Below, in pieces: positions 30,421 through 57,272 of a stretch of 64,000 nt of DNA. Source of the stretch: the human T2T-CHM13v2.0 reference genome, Homo sapiens. The stretch lies in assembly GCF_009914755.1 (NCBI RefSeq), contig NC_060929.1. The stretch is one strand, 5' to 3'. Made by a program: the position numbers and the translations under genes. The notes beneath the pieces are model-generated. The model did not search any database and was not told where the DNA came from. It was given only the letters and a program-made list of their open reading frames with translations. How positions within the stretch are numbered: the first letter of the stretch is position 1; every line of letters begins with the position of its first letter.

Positions 30421-30718
30421 CTTTCACATTTTTTGTAGTGCAGTTATGCTGGCAACTGACTTTATTTGGCATTTGTTTGTATGAATAAGTTTATATTTTA
30501 CCTTCCTTCATAGTTCTTTTCCTTGATGGGCCTATTAAAATTTTTTTTTCTTTTGTAAGCCACTTCACCCCTTCCCTATGGGTTTGTTTTTATTTACCTC
30601 TACATGGCTGACTTTGGACAGAAACGTTAAAAGTTCTACTTGTTGTTTTCCTGAAGCTATGCTTCTATTTCTGGACTCATCGCCAAGTCACCTGAAGGCA
30701 ATACAAATGAAGTATCTG

Positions 30719-30971
30719 GGCCACATGCAGTGGCTCACGCCTGTAATCCCAGCACTTTGGGAAACTGAGGTGGGAGGATACCTTGAGCCCAGAAAAAAAA
30801 AAAATTAGCCTGGCATGGTGGCACGTGCCTGTAGTCCCAGTTACTTGGGAGGCTGAGGTGGGAGGATCACTTGAGCCTGGGAGTTGGAGGCTACATTGAT
30901 CCTTGGTCGTGTCACTACCCTCAAGCCTGGACAAAAGAGTGAGACCTTGTCTCAAAAAAAAAAAAAAAAAA
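30719..30971 (+). mobile_element. AluJ with left-arm deletion that removes the B box
   Basis: gagcccag runs straight into the A-linker at 30792/93; right arm has J diagnostics (ggaggatcacttgagcctggg, gaggctac). Confidence 0.88.
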
Positions 30972-31234
30972 GTGTCCCTTTGCTTTACTCCTGCTCTCCA
31001 GTGATTCTACAGCATGGAATAGGCCACTGACTTACTCACATGTATAGTTCTCATCTGTCCATTTTAATAATTGCAACTAGAGCTCTTTTTGAACTTTCTC
31101 TCTTGTTCTTCAAGCATACATCAAACCTGAGTTTAGAGGGTATTTGCGTCCTAGTTTCATGAGATTGGCAAGTAGTTTTTAGAGAGTATGTTTGTGGCCA
31201 TTCTTTTCTTTTGATACTGACGGAGGGTTTCTTT

Positions 31235-32170
<936 letters not shown>

Positions 32171-32692
32171 CAGAGTTTTTTTCTTTTTTTAATAAATTTT
32201 TATTTGAAATTATTTAGATTTGCAGAAAAAGTGCAAACTAATACAAAGAGTTCCTATATATTGCCATACCCAATTTACCCTAATGCTAACATCTTACACT
32301 AGCATATTTGTCAAAATCATCAGTGTACCAATTCATATACTGTACATTACTATTTACTAAAATCCAGAGTTTATTTGGATTTCACCAGTTTTTCCACTAT
32401 GTTGTTTTTTGTTCCAGAATTCATAAATAGAGGGTTTTTTTTTTCCTATTTTTGATTCTTTAAGTTCATTTTTGTTGGTTGCATGGAGGAGTGTCATATA
32501 CGCACTCATTCCACCAAATTCCCTTGATATCCTTTACCATTACTTTATAAACCATTTACATTTCTCTTGCAGAGAGCCACAACCTAAGTGCCTTACCTGA
32601 TGACACTGACAGAGAGAATCACTGGAAATGATAGTTTTATACTTAATTCTTGTCACTAAAACTCTAATAGTGTTTTTAAAAACCTAATACAA

Positions 32693-32857
32693 GGCCAGGC
32701 CTGGCGGCTCACACCTATCATCCCAGCACTTTGGGATGCCTAGGGAGGAGAATTGCTCAAGGCCAGAAGTTTGAAACCAGAACAGCCTGGGCAACATAGT
32801 GAGACCCTGTCTCTGAAAAAACAAAACAAACAACAACAGCAACAACAACAACAAAAA
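32693..32857 (+). mobile_element. Alu left monomer (FLAM-like) with (CAA)n tail
   Basis: Single arm; flanked by acctaa(t/c)acaa. Confidence 0.8.
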
Positions 32858-32919
32858 TACCTAACACAAATACTTAAATGCATACAACTATTTTTATAAC
32901 TTTTAACTTTTACACTTAG

Positions 32920-33001
32920 TTGTCCATTTCTCCAAAATATGAAGTCCTCTGCGGAAGTGACTCCAGACCTTCAGAGCCGTGGTGAACTTTGTGAATTACT
33001 G
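32920..33001 (+). CDS. NAIP: NAIP exon, 82 nt: end of BIR3 plus linker, CPFLQNMKSSAEVTPDLQSRGELCELL; first in-frame ATG at 32939
   Basis: Acceptor ttttacacttAG (32918-19), donor CTG|GTaatg (33002-03); translation matches NAIP just after BIR3. Too short for the ORF track. Confidence 0.93.
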
Positions 33002-33991
33002 GTAATGAACACCGTCATCTTGTCTGTTTTACCAGCACATGATCATATAATTGAAAACTGTTTTGAACAGGAATGTCTCATCATAAATAAGTTAATAAAT
33101 TCTACAAACATCTACTAAACATCTGTTATGTTCTAGGTACAGATTGGGGAAATCACAATAAACCAGTCGGGCACAATACCTAGCTTCATGAAATGTATAG
33201 TCAATCTCTTCTACTTCAAGGCCCAGACTCTCTTAGACTTTGTTGATTAGCATCCAGGCTAAATGGATCCTCTCTGGATCTTCATGTGGAGGGCAATAAG
33301 GCTGGATTTGCTACTTGGCCTTTTTAGGGGTTGAGAAGATGTTACTTTAACAAAAGCAAGTGCCCAACAAAATCATAAACCCAGGTAATAGGCTGACCAC
33401 TTTAAGCTGAGAAATCCTACCTAGTTCTCTGGGATCTAAGCCACTACTAATTTAATGCACACATATACCACCTTATTTTGAGGCTGTGTGTTAGGTATGT
33501 TATGTTTGTCATCCCCCCACCCCCAACACACACAAAAACCAACTTGCTTTTCACGTGATTCATTTTCTATATGAATTGAAAAATGGCACTAAAGAAAAAA
33601 GTTTGGGGATATAGAAATAGCTTATTTTTTAAGGAAGAAACATAACCTTTCTAAGTACTGGATGTGTAATATTAAAAATGTAGTTAACCAAGGACAGAGG
33701 CTGCACCTAATGACTTTTGGAGGAACCTTCTTGCTCAAGACACTATGATTCTCGTTACCTGGATAGTATCACCCATGGATTGTATCATATATGAACCACT
33801 GAGGAACACACATTCCTGCAGATGTTTGCAGATTATTAATTGCTTTATATTTGGAGCACCCCTCCCTTCAATCAGCATAAATATTTGAGGGTGGGCTGTG
33901 TTTAGAAGATGTTTAGTCTCCAATGATTACAACATGATGCACCACTCTCCTATACAAATTTTGATTTAAGAAAAGATTTTATTTTTCAAAG

Positions 33992-34049
33992 GAAACCACA
34001 AGTGAAAGCAATCTTGAAGATTCAATAGCAGTTGGTCCTATAGTGCCAG
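33992..34049 (+). CDS. NAIP: NAIP exon, 58 nt: ETTSESNLEDSIAVGPIVP
   Basis: Acceptor atttttcaaAG (33990-91), donor CAG|GTaaga (34050-51); phase 0 in, phase 1 out, fits both neighbours. Confidence 0.93.
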
Positions 34050-34313
34050 GTAAGAACTTTGAAGTAGCACGTGGGATTATATGTATTTGTAAATATATTT
34101 GTATACAGGGCAGTTGCAAAAAAAAGAGTATTTATAATTGTCCAAAGAGCTTCCAAAGAGGAGCAGCATTGCAACAGTGTCGTGTATGAGCAAAAGTCAA
34201 GATTCTTGTGGCTTCTCCAGAGTGCAGGCAGGACCAAACTGATAGTAGGCAACGTGTCTCAGGTACAAGCAAACCAGTCCTTAGAAGCACCAATCAGTAA
34301 ACTTCTTTCCTGA

Positions 34314-34636
<323 letters not shown>

Positions 34637-34908
34637 CTCTTTCCTGAGATGCATGGTGCTTATGATAAGCACACATTATGTCTAGGTCCCTGCTTCAAGT
34701 GTGGCACTTTGGACACATGCTTCCCACATTCCGATTTTGTGCCAAAACCTATGAGATGATCGCAATGTGGGAATCATGGATGGCTGTGGAAAATCCTAAC
34801 ACATTCATAGTAGACAGGCAGAATCATGGAATGAAAAGGCATGGCGTTCAGACTGAGGGAGATGTGACTATGAATCCCTGTTGTGCCCCCCTTTCTTTCT
34901 CTCCACAG

Positions 34909-37020
34909 AAATGGCACAGGGTGAAGCCCAGTGGTTTCAAGAGGCAAAGAATCTGAATGAGCAGCTGAGAGCAGCTTATACCAGCGCCAGTTTCCGCCAC
35001 ATGTCTTTGCTTGATATCTCTTCCGATCTGGCCACGGACCACTTGCTGGGCTGTGATCTGTCTATTGCTTCAAAACACATCAGCAAACCTGTGCAAGAAC
35101 CTCTGGTGCTGCCTGAGGTCTTTGGCAACTTGAACTCTGTCATGTGTGTGGAGGGTGAAGCTGGAAGTGGAAAGACGGTCCTCCTGAAGAAAATAGCTTT
35201 TCTGTGGGCATCTGGATGCTGTCCCCTGTTAAACAGGTTCCAGCTGGTTTTCTACCTCTCCCTTAGTTCCACCAGACCAGACGAGGGGCTGGCCAGTATC
35301 ATCTGTGACCAGCTCCTAGAGAAAGAAGGATCTGTTACTGAAATGTGCATGAGGAACATTATCCAGCAGTTAAAGAATCAGGTCTTATTCCTTTTAGATG
35401 ACTACAAAGAAATATGTTCAATCCCTCAAGTCATAGGAAAACTGATTCAAAAAAACCACTTATCCCGGACCTGCCTATTGATTGCTGTCCGTACAAACAG
35501 GGCCAGGGACATCCGCCGATACCTAGAGACCATTCTAGAGATCAAAGCATTTCCCTTTTATAATACTGTCTGTATATTACGGAAGCTCTTTTCACATAAT
35601 ATGACTCGTCTGCGAAAGTTTATGGTTTACTTTGGAAAGAACCAAAGTTTGCAGAAGATACAGAAAACTCCTCTCTTTGTGGCGGCGATCTGTGCTCATT
35701 GGTTTCAGTATCCTTTTGACCCATCCTTTGATGATGTGGCTGTTTTCAAGTCCTATATGGAACGCCTTTCCTTAAGGAACAAAGCGACAGCTGAAATTCT
35801 CAAAGCAACTGTGTCCTCCTGTGGTGAGCTGGCCTTGAAAGGGTTTTTTTCATGTTGCTTTGAGTTTAATGATGATGATCTCGCAGAAGCAGGGGTTGAT
35901 GAAGATGAAGATCTAACCATGTGCTTGATGAGCAAATTTACAGCCCAGAGACTAAGACCATTCTACCGGTTTTTAAGTCCTGCCTTCCAAGAATTTCTTG
36001 CGGGGATGAGGCTGATTGAACTCCTGGATTCAGATAGGCAGGAACATCAAGATTTGGGACTGTATCATTTGAAACAAATCAACTCACCCATGATGACTGT
36101 AAGCGCCTACAACAATTTTTTGAACTATGTCTCCAGCCTCCCTTCAACAAAAGCAGGGCCCAAAATTGTGTCTCATTTGCTCCATTTAGTGGATAACAAA
36201 GAGTCATTGGAGAATATATCTGAAAATGATGACTACTTAAAGCACCAGCCAGAAATTTCACTGCAGATGCAGTTACTTAGGGGATTGTGGCAAATTTGTC
36301 CACAAGCTTACTTTTCAATGGTTTCAGAACATTTACTGGTTCTTGCCCTGAAAACTGCTTATCAAAGCAACACTGTTGCTGCGTGTTCTCCATTTGTTTT
36401 GCAATTCCTTCAAGGGAGAACACTGACTTTGGGTGCGCTTAACTTACAGTACTTTTTCGACCACCCAGAAAGCTTGTCATTGTTGAGGAGCATCCACTTC
36501 TCAATACGAGGAAATAAGACATCACCCAGAGCACATTTTTCAGTTCTGGAAACATGTTTTGACAAATCACAGGTGCCAACTATAGATCAGGACTATGCTT
36601 CTGCCTTTGAACCTATGAATGAATGGGAGCGAAATTTAGCTGAAAAAGAGGATAATGTAAAGAGCTATATGGATATGCAGCGCAGGGCATCACCAGACCT
36701 TAGTACTGGCTATTGGAAACTTTCTCCAAAGCAGTACAAGATTCCCTGTCTAGAAGTCGATGTGAATGATATTGATGTTGTAAGCCAGGATATGCTTGAG
36801 ATTCTAATGACAGTTTTCTCAGCTTCACAGCGCATCGAACTCCATTTAAACCACAGCAGAGGCTTTATAGAAAGCATCCGCCCAGCTCTTGAGCTGTCTA
36901 AGGCCTCTGTCACCAAGTGCTCCATAAGCAAGTTGGAACTCAGCGCAGCCGAACAGGAACTGCTTCTCACCCTGCCTTCCCTGGAATCTCTTGAAGTCTC
37001 AGGGACAATCCAGTCACAAG
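34909..37020 (+). CDS. NAIP: NAIP large exon, 2,112 nt: NACHT (NBD, HD1, WHD, HD2) and start of LRR region
   Basis: Core of the 726-aa ORF 34881-37061. Acceptor ctttctctccacAG (34907-08), donor AAG|GTatac (37021-22). Walker A GEAGSGKT at 35154-35177, Walker B LFLLDDY at about 35385-35405. Confidence 0.98.
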
Positions 37021-37439
37021 GTATACCTGTATATATTTTGGATGACTATTCTGATGTATAATTTCTTTTTCTTACTTTAAGTGGTTGAAAACTTCTGAGG
37101 CCATGAAAGCATGCATGCTTATTGATAGAACAGATATAAAATAAACCTTCACTAATTTTTTTTGACAGTAGCATGAATTAGTGAAAAGTCCTTGAATAAT
37201 AGAATGGTTTTCAAATAACTCAGACAAAATGAATAAAATATTTATATTAAATTATTGAAGGTTCTTAATAAAGACATGAATTATCTGTTATTAGTAAAAG
37301 AATTAGCTATATGTAAGATGATGCTTAGAAATTACCTTCACCCTAGCTGCCTAAAGGAAGAAAGGCCTGTAGTCCCTGGGAAATAAATAAATTAATGGGA
37401 AATAATATCTTCATCTATTTGTGTCTTAACTCCTCTAAG

Positions 37440-40520
<3,081 letters not shown>

Positions 40521-40751
40521 GATGCTGTATTTCTTTTTGTGAGTCTGAAGAGTAGCACAGGGCTTCCCATACAGTGCATAAGCTGCAAAAAGCAATATCT
40601 TCATATATGTATTCTTTAAAAAAAAAAAAGAATGTTTTATGGTATGTGGAAGGTTTGCATGTGAAAATAGCTGGATGAATCAAAATGACAGTTTTAAAAT
40701 GTCCATTCAGAACTCTTTAGATTAATAATGGGAAACTGTGCTGCTTTCCAG

Positions 40752-40919
40752 ACCAAATCTTTCCTAATCTGGATAAGTTCCTGTGCCTGAAAGAACTGTC
40801 TGTGGATCTGGAGGGCAATATAAATGTTTTTTCAGTCATTCCTGAAGAATTTCCAAACTTCCACCATATGGAGAAATTATTGATCCAAATTTCAGCTGAG
40901 TATGATCCTTCCAAACTAG
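40752..40919 (+). CDS. NAIP: NAIP LRR exon, 168 nt: (D)QIFPNLDKFLCLKELSV...YDPSKL
   Basis: Acceptor ctgctttccAG (40750-51), donor TAG|GTaagg (40920-21); phase 1-1, no stop. Confidence 0.95.
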
Positions 40920-41179
40920 GTAAGGATGGCACTTTAATATACTTGTTTTTACGTAAGTTGGAAAAGCTACTTGGCCAATAATTTATTTAAGAGTTAAAGT
41001 GCCTGTGGTTCTAAGGGTGTAGCCTGTATCCATGGTAAATTGTGAGGAATAGCACTCTTTCTCATTAAGAAAGCAGAGTGCTGTTTGTAATTATTGAGCC
41101 TTTACTACACACTAGGAAGTATCCTAAGCACTTCACAAATATGAACTCAGTCTTCATACCCACTCTATGAAGTAAAGTA

Positions 41180-44275
<3,096 letters not shown>

Positions 44276-44540
44276 ATTGTTTCTCAAATAATAAAGTATA
44301 GGTGTTTCCAGAATTTTCTTTTTTACCTTTACGCTCAGTTGGATTTGAAATTTCTAGAATTTTAACAACATTTCTAGTTATCAGAATTATTTTCTGAGCA
44401 AAAATTTGTTTTATCTACTTAGTCATATGAATTCAATCTGAATTATTACATTAATTTCTAATTTCTTCATTTTAAAGATGTTACACTTTGCTGTGAGAGA
44501 TGTAGCTGACATAACTAAATTTTTATTTTCCCTTTCATAG

Positions 44541-44627
44541 TTGCCAGTTTGCCAAATTTTATTTCTCTGAAGATATTAAATCTTGAAGGCCAGCAATTTC
44601 CTGATGAGGAAACATCAGAAAAATTTG
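44541..44627 (+). CDS. NAIP: NAIP LRR exon, 87 nt: (V)ASLPNFISLKILNLEGQQFPDEETSEKF
   Basis: Acceptor ttccctttcatAG (44539-40), donor TTG|GTatgt (44628-29); phase 1-1. Confidence 0.95.
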
Positions 44628-45158
44628 GTATGTTTACAAAATAGTGCTTTTTACGTATTCTTATTCTCTTTCTGCCCAGAATCCTTTTTCTCCTATTCTG
44701 AATTAGCCACAAGGAAGCAAGATATGCATTAGCTACCCTTGCTTACCAGAACGAAGTGATAGTCATGCTCAACTTCTACCCACCAAATGCCTTCACTACA
44801 GTTTTACCTGCAGACTTGATCTCATTCAAAGCAGAATGACTTCTTAGAGTACATATTTGGTCATTATAGCACTATGCAATATAATTGTCAGGTATCTGTT
44901 CCAAATATAAGACCTCATAGTTTCAAAGGTTACTAGAATATAGGTAAAAATCTATCTTTTAAGGTTAGGAAAACTCAATACGTGAAAACGTGTATTTCAT
45001 AAAATGATAGCTATAGAATTTAAATACTTTTTGATTTTTAAAAAACGATTATGAAAGTAATGTATGCTCATGGAAAACATTCTAACAGGAAAAAAAAAAA
45101 ATAAAGGGAGGCAGTGGAGATAGGGACTGTAGAGCTGTGCTATTCAAAGTGCTTCTCA

Positions 45159-50212
<5,054 letters not shown>

Positions 50213-50320
50213 CTACTAGCAGTAGTGGTGGGAGAGGAGGCTGGTTCAAATAACCTTGTCTACCATTATTGAAATGGAAGTCCTTATGATTCTATTTTCA
50301 TGAATGTTTTGTTCTTGTAG

Positions 50321-50685
50321 CCAAAGTAGCAATCAGTGGAGGTTTCCAGAAACTTGAGAACCTAAAGCTTTCAATCAATCACAAGATTACAGAGGAAGGA
50401 TACAGAAATTTCTTTCAAGCACTGGACAACATGCCAAACTTGCAGGAGTTGGACATCTCCAGGCATTTCACAGAGTGTATCAAAGCTCAGGCCACAACAG
50501 TCAAGTCTTTGAGTCAATGTGTGTTACGACTACCAAGGCTCATTAGACTGAACATGTTAAGTTGGCTCTTGGATGCAGATGATATTGCATTGCTTAATGT
50601 CATGAAAGAAAGACATCCTCAATCTAAGTACTTAACTATTCTCCAGAAATGGATACTGCCGTTCTCTCCAATCATTCAGAAATAA
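50321..50685 (+). CDS. NAIP: NAIP terminal coding exon, 121 aa: (A)KVAISGGFQKLENL...WILPFSPIIQK*
   Basis: Acceptor ttgttcttgtAG (50319-20); contains ORF-track 50431-50685; stop TAA at 50683-85. Confidence 0.96.
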
Positions 50686-51663
50686 AAGATTCAGCTAAAA
50701 ACTGCTGAATCAATAATTTGTCTTGGGGCATATTGAGGATGTAAAAAAAGTTGTTGATTAATGCTAAAAACCAAATTATCCAAAATTATTTTATTAAATA
50801 TTGCATACAAAAGAAAATGTGTAAGGCTTGCTAAAAAACAAAACAAAACAAAACACAGTCCTGCATACTCACCACCAAGCTCAAGAAATAAATCATCACC
50901 AATACCTTTGAGGTCCCTGAGTAATCCACCCCAGCTAAAGGCAAACCCTTCAATCAAGTTTATACAGCAAACCCTCCATTGTCCATGGTCAACAGGGAAG
51001 GGGTTGGGGACAGGTCTGCCAATCTATCTAAAAGCCACAATATGGAAGAAGTATTCAATTTATATAATAAATGGCTAACTTAACGGTTGAATCACTTTCA
51101 TACATGGATGAAACGGGTTTAACACAGGATCCACATGAATCTTCTGTGGGCCAAGAGATGTTCCTTAATCCTTGTAGAACCTGTTTTCTATATTGAACTA
51201 GCTTTGGTACAGTAGAGTTAACTTACTTTCCATTTATCCACTGCCAATATAAAGAGGAAACAGGGGTTAGGGAAAAATGACTTCATTCCAGAGGCTTCTC
51301 AGAGTTCAACATATGCTATAATTTAGAATTTTCTTATGAATCCACTCTACTTGGGTAGAAAATATTTTATCTCTAGTGATTGCATATTATTTCCATATCA
51401 TAGTATTTCATAGTATTATATTTGATATGAGTGTCTATATCAATGTCAGTGTCCAGAATTTCGTTCCTACCAGTTAAGTAGTTTTCTGAACGGCCAGAAG
51501 ACCATTCGAAATTCATGATACTACTATAAGTTGGTAAACAACCATACTTTTATCCTCATTTTTATTCTCACTAAGAAAAAAGTCAACTCCCCTCCCCTTG
51601 CCCAAGTATGAAATATAGGGACAGTATGTATGGTGTGGTCTCATTTGTTTAGAAAACCACTTA

Positions 51664-51965
<302 letters not shown>

Positions 51966-52122
51966 ACCACTTATATTGCTAGCTACATTAAGAATTTCTG
52001 AATATGTTACTGAGCTTGCTTGTGGTAACCATTTATAATATCAGAAAGTATATGTACACCAAAACATGTTGAACATCCATGTTGTACAACTGAAATATAA
52101 ATAATTTTGTCAATTATACCTA

Positions 52123-52128
52123 AATAAA
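52123..52128 (+). terminator. Probable NAIP polyadenylation signal AATAAA, within an old L1 3'-end remnant
   Basis: caattatacctAAATAAAactggaaaaaaa about 1.44 kb after the stop. Other AATAAA hexamers lie at 50681 (overlapping the stop codon), 50887 and 51066, so the site used cannot be proven. Confidence 0.5.
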
Positions 52129-52442
52129 ACTGGAAAAAAATTTCTGGAAGTTTATATCTAAAAATGTTAATAGTGCGTACCTCTAGGAAGTGGGCCTGGA
52201 AGCCATTCTTACTTTTCAGTCTCTCCCATTCTGTACTGTTTTTTGTTTTACTTTCGTGCCTGCATTATTTTTCTATTTAAAACAAAAATAAATCTAGTTT
52301 AGCACTAAAATATTAACTGGAGCTACCTCTGGAGGGCAAGAGTACTAGAAGGTGGGATGGATTGTCTTCTTGCTTGTCTGATTTTATATGTAATACCTTT
52401 GTAATTAGAAAGGTTGTTAAGCATTATATCAGAATCCAGTCA

Positions 52443-53186
<744 letters not shown>

Positions 53187-54070
53187 AAGAGTTATTAACA
53201 GAGGATTGGAATGGGGATTGGGTAGTAAGGAATAAAGAGAAGCCTGGGCAGATGCAGGGAACAGCCGATATGGGCTTTTCACCCCAGGCTGAGACAGAAC
53301 AACTCAAAGAAGAAAGCTCAGGGCTGAGATCCGGGCTGAGATCCAGACTTCGTGTGAGAGGACACAGCTGTGAAAGACAGAGGTTTGCTGAGGCTGTGGA
53401 GTTGCAGCTGGAGAAGGTGCTGGGCTTGGGGCACTTTGCAGAGAAGGGACCTTGTGCATGTCAAGGGAAGCCATTCATGTGGGGGTACTGTGCGCTGCTG
53501 ACCATTGGGTGCTGCTGAAGTTAGGCACCGCCCAAGAAGTGTGCAGCCAGAACGAGGTGCTGCAGAGGCAGAGTGTATGTGCTACAGGAGCTGGTATTGC
53601 AGATGGCACAGGTGTTGCAGGTGTCTGCCTAGAGGAGCACAATGGAACCAGGAAAAGCAGCCCTTGCCCCTTCAGTGTGTCAGCAGCACCCTCGATTGAC
53701 AAAGTTTCACTCTGTGCTTACTGTCATGGGAGAGGTATTTACAGGGCCCAGATCTATTATTACAGAACAGACAATGAAGACTGAATGTGGATATAAGAGG
53801 CAACAACTAGCATAACTCATTAAATCTAATAGTGCACACATAAACACAAAATAACCTAGTAATTTCTTAATATTGACTGACAGGATATATGCACGTGATG
53901 TATTTATAAATTCATGGAAAACTTATATAAAAAACAGGCAACCATAATTGAGTTTAGGGAGGAGAACAGGATGGCTGGTGGACAGAAAAGGGAGAGAGGG
54001 AAGTTTGCTTTTTTTCTCCTGCATACCCTTTTATACCAGTTGAGTTTTGTCCCATGTGTGCATACTATTA

Positions 54071-54392
<322 letters not shown>

Positions 54393-54444
54393 TCATAAGA
54401 TTCCATGCAAATTATTTTTCCAGAGCTGCTTCTAACAGCGTTTA

Positions 54445-54580
54445 GTTCAAGCAGCGGTCAGTAAAGTATGGCCCTGGACTGTCCAGCCCTCAAGCTAAGA
54501 ATGGTTTTCACATTTTTTAAAGCAACAGAGACTCAGTGGCCTACAAAGCTAAAATATTTACTGTGTTCTTTTACAGAAAA
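54445..54580. mobile_element. MER58-like hAT fragment
   Basis: agctaagaatggttttcacatttt...gtggcctacaaagctaaaatatttact. Confidence 0.6.
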
Positions 54581-54787
54581 CAAACTATTTCTATGACAAA
54601 ATACTTTTGAATCATAAGCTCATCATGCCCTTTATTCTAGTTTACATCAGTCTTCATAGGACTCCCAAGTCATCCCTCATTGACCTAAAAACTGTCCTCA
54701 TGGTTGTAAGCCCTCCCTCCCTTCCTCCATCCATCTCTCCCTCTCTCTTTTTCTCCTTCCCTCTCTCCCTTCCTTCCTTTTCTTTCA

Positions 54788-56887
54788 TAAAGAAAAGAGG
54801 TTTAGTTGACTCACGGTTCTGCAGGCTTTACAGGAAGCATGGTGCTGGCATCTGCTCGGCTTTTAGGGAGGCCTCAGGAAACTAAAATCATGGCAGAAGG
54901 TGAGCACACATGTCACATGATGAAAGCAGAAACAAGTGAGAGACAGTGCAGGGGCAGGGGGCAGGTTTCATACACTTTGAAATGACCAGATCTCACGAGA
55001 ACTCAGTAACAACACAAAGGTAACACCAAGCCATGAGGGATCTGCCCCCATGATCCAAACACCTCCCACCATGCCCCATCTCCAACACTCGGGATAAAAT
55101 TCAACATAAGTAGAGATAAATATCCAAACCACATCATTCCACCTCTGGCCCCTCCCAAATCTTATGTCCTTTTCACAATGCAAAATACAACCATGCCTTC
55201 CCAACAGTGCCGCAAAGTCTTAACTCATTCCAGCATTAACTCAGAAGTCCAAAGTCTCATCTGAGACAAGGCAAATCCCTGCCACCTATGAGCCTATAAA
55301 ACAAAAAACAAATTATTTACTTCCAACATACAATCAGGGTTCAGGGGTTGGGGAAATATTCCCATTAGGGAAAAACCTGCCAAAAAAGGGGGCTATAGGC
55401 CCCATGCAAGTTCAAAACCCAGCATGGCAGTCATTAAATCATGAAACTCCACAATGATCTCCTTGGTTTCCATGTGGCACGCTGATATGAGGGTTGGGCT
55501 CCCAAGGCCTTGGGCAGCTCTGCTCCTATAGCTTTGCAGAGTTCAGCCTGCTGTCACAGGCTGGGTTGAGTGTCTGTGGCTTTTCCAAGTGCAGGGTACA
55601 AGCTGCCAGTGGCTCTACCATTCTGGAGAACAGTAGCCCTCTTCTCACAGCTCCACTAGGCAGTGCCCCAGTAGGGACTCTGCGTGGGGCCTTTAACCCC
55701 ACATTTCCCCTCCACGCTGCCCTAGTAGAGGCTCTCTGTGAGGGCTCTGCTCCTGCAGCAGGGTTCTGCTTGGACACCCAGGCTTTTCCATACATCCTCT
55801 GAAATCCAGGCAGAGGCTACCAAGAATTCACCATTTTTGCATTCTGTGTGCCTGCAGGCTTACCACCTAATGGAAGCTGTGAAGGCTATGGCTTATGCCC
55901 TCCAAAGTAACAGCCCAAGCTGTACCTAGGCCCCTTTGAGCCCCTGCTGGAGTTGGAGCCATCTGGATGCAGGGAGCAGTGTTCTGAGGCTGCACAGGGC
56001 AACAGGGCCCTGGGCTCAGCCCAGGAAAATATTCAGTCTTCCTTGGCTTCAGGGCCTATGACAGGAGGGGCTGCCCCATAGGTCTCTGAAATGCCTTTGA
56101 GGCCTTTTCCCCATTGTCTTGGATATTACCACTTGGATCCCTTTCAGTTATGCAAATATCAGCAAGTGGTTGCTCCACAGCCTGCTTGAATTCCTTGGAG
56201 AAAATGGTTTTTTTTTTTACCACCTGGCTAGGCTGCAAAATTTCCCAACTTTTAGGCTCTGCTTCCTGTTTAAATGTAAGTTCCAAATTTAAGTCATTCA
56301 TTTGCCCCCACATCTGAGCACAGGCTGTTAGTAGCAGAAGGCCACATCTTGAATGCTTTGCTGCTTAGAAATTTCTTCTGCCACATACGCTAGGTCATAG
56401 TTTTTAAGTTCAAACTTCCACAGATCCCTAGGACACAAGCAGAATGCAGCCAAGTTATTTGCTAAGGCATAACGTGTGACTTTTGCTCCAGTTCCCAATA
56501 AATTCGTTTCCTTTTGAGACCTTGTCAACCTGGACTTCACTGTCCCTATCACCATCAGCATTTTGGTCACAACCACTTATCTAGTCTCTAAGAAGTTCCA
56601 AACTTGCCGGGAGCGGTGGCTCACGCCTGTAAACCTAGCACTTTGGGAGGTCGAGGTGGGTGAATCACTTGAGGTCAGGAGTTCGAGACCAGCCTGGCAA
56701 ACATGGTGAAACCCCATCCCTACTAAAAATACAAAAATATTAGCCAGGCATGGTGGTGCATGCCTGTAACCCCAGCTGCTTGGGAAGCTGAGGCAGAAAA
56801 TCACTTGAACCCGGGAGGCAGAGGTTGCAGTGAGCCAAGATCACGCCACTGCACTCCAGCCTGGGCGACAGAGCAAGACTCCGTCTC

Positions 56888-56920
<33 letters not shown>

Positions 56921-57272
56921 GAAACTTACCCTCATTTTCCTGTCTTCTTCTGAGCCCTGTAAACTCTTCCAACCACTACTCATTACCCAGTTCCAAAGCT
57001 GTTTCCACATTTTCAGGTATCTTTATAGCAATGCCCAACTTCTCGGTACCAATTTTCTGTATTGGGGCATTCTTGCACTGCTATAAAGAAATACCTCAAA
57101 CTGGGTAATTTACAAAGAGGTTTAATTGGCTCATGGTTCTGCAGGCTTTACAGGAAGCATGGTGCTGGTATCTGCTTGGCTTCTAGGGAGACCTCAGGAA
57201 GCTTACAGTCATGGTGGAAGGTGAAGGGGTAGCAGACACATCACATGGTAAAAGCAGGGGCAAGTGAGAGAG
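54788..57272 (-). mobile_element. MSTA/B MaLR provirus (LTR about 54788-55136, internal with Alu +56605-56915, partial LTR 57058-57272)
   Basis: Shared LTR text ggttctgcaggctttacaggaagcatggtgctgg in both LTRs, with MST-int between them. Confidence 0.88.

Noticed and set aside
34881-37061. 726-aa ORF as a stand-alone single-exon gene
   Set aside because: It starts at a TTG in the polypyrimidine tract and ends in intron read-through; the real exon is 34909-37020.
50691-51300. Protein-like antisense ORF (MIEGFAFSWGG...) in the NAIP 3' UTR
   Set aside because: I recognise no homolog, it is short, and neighbouring frames have stops. A tblastx search would be needed to exclude a decayed retrocopy.
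53190-53810. GC-rich stretch with several 64-110 aa ORFs
   Set aside because: It looks like an ancient LTR remnant that starts near 52430 and is split by MER47; there is no splice or homology support.
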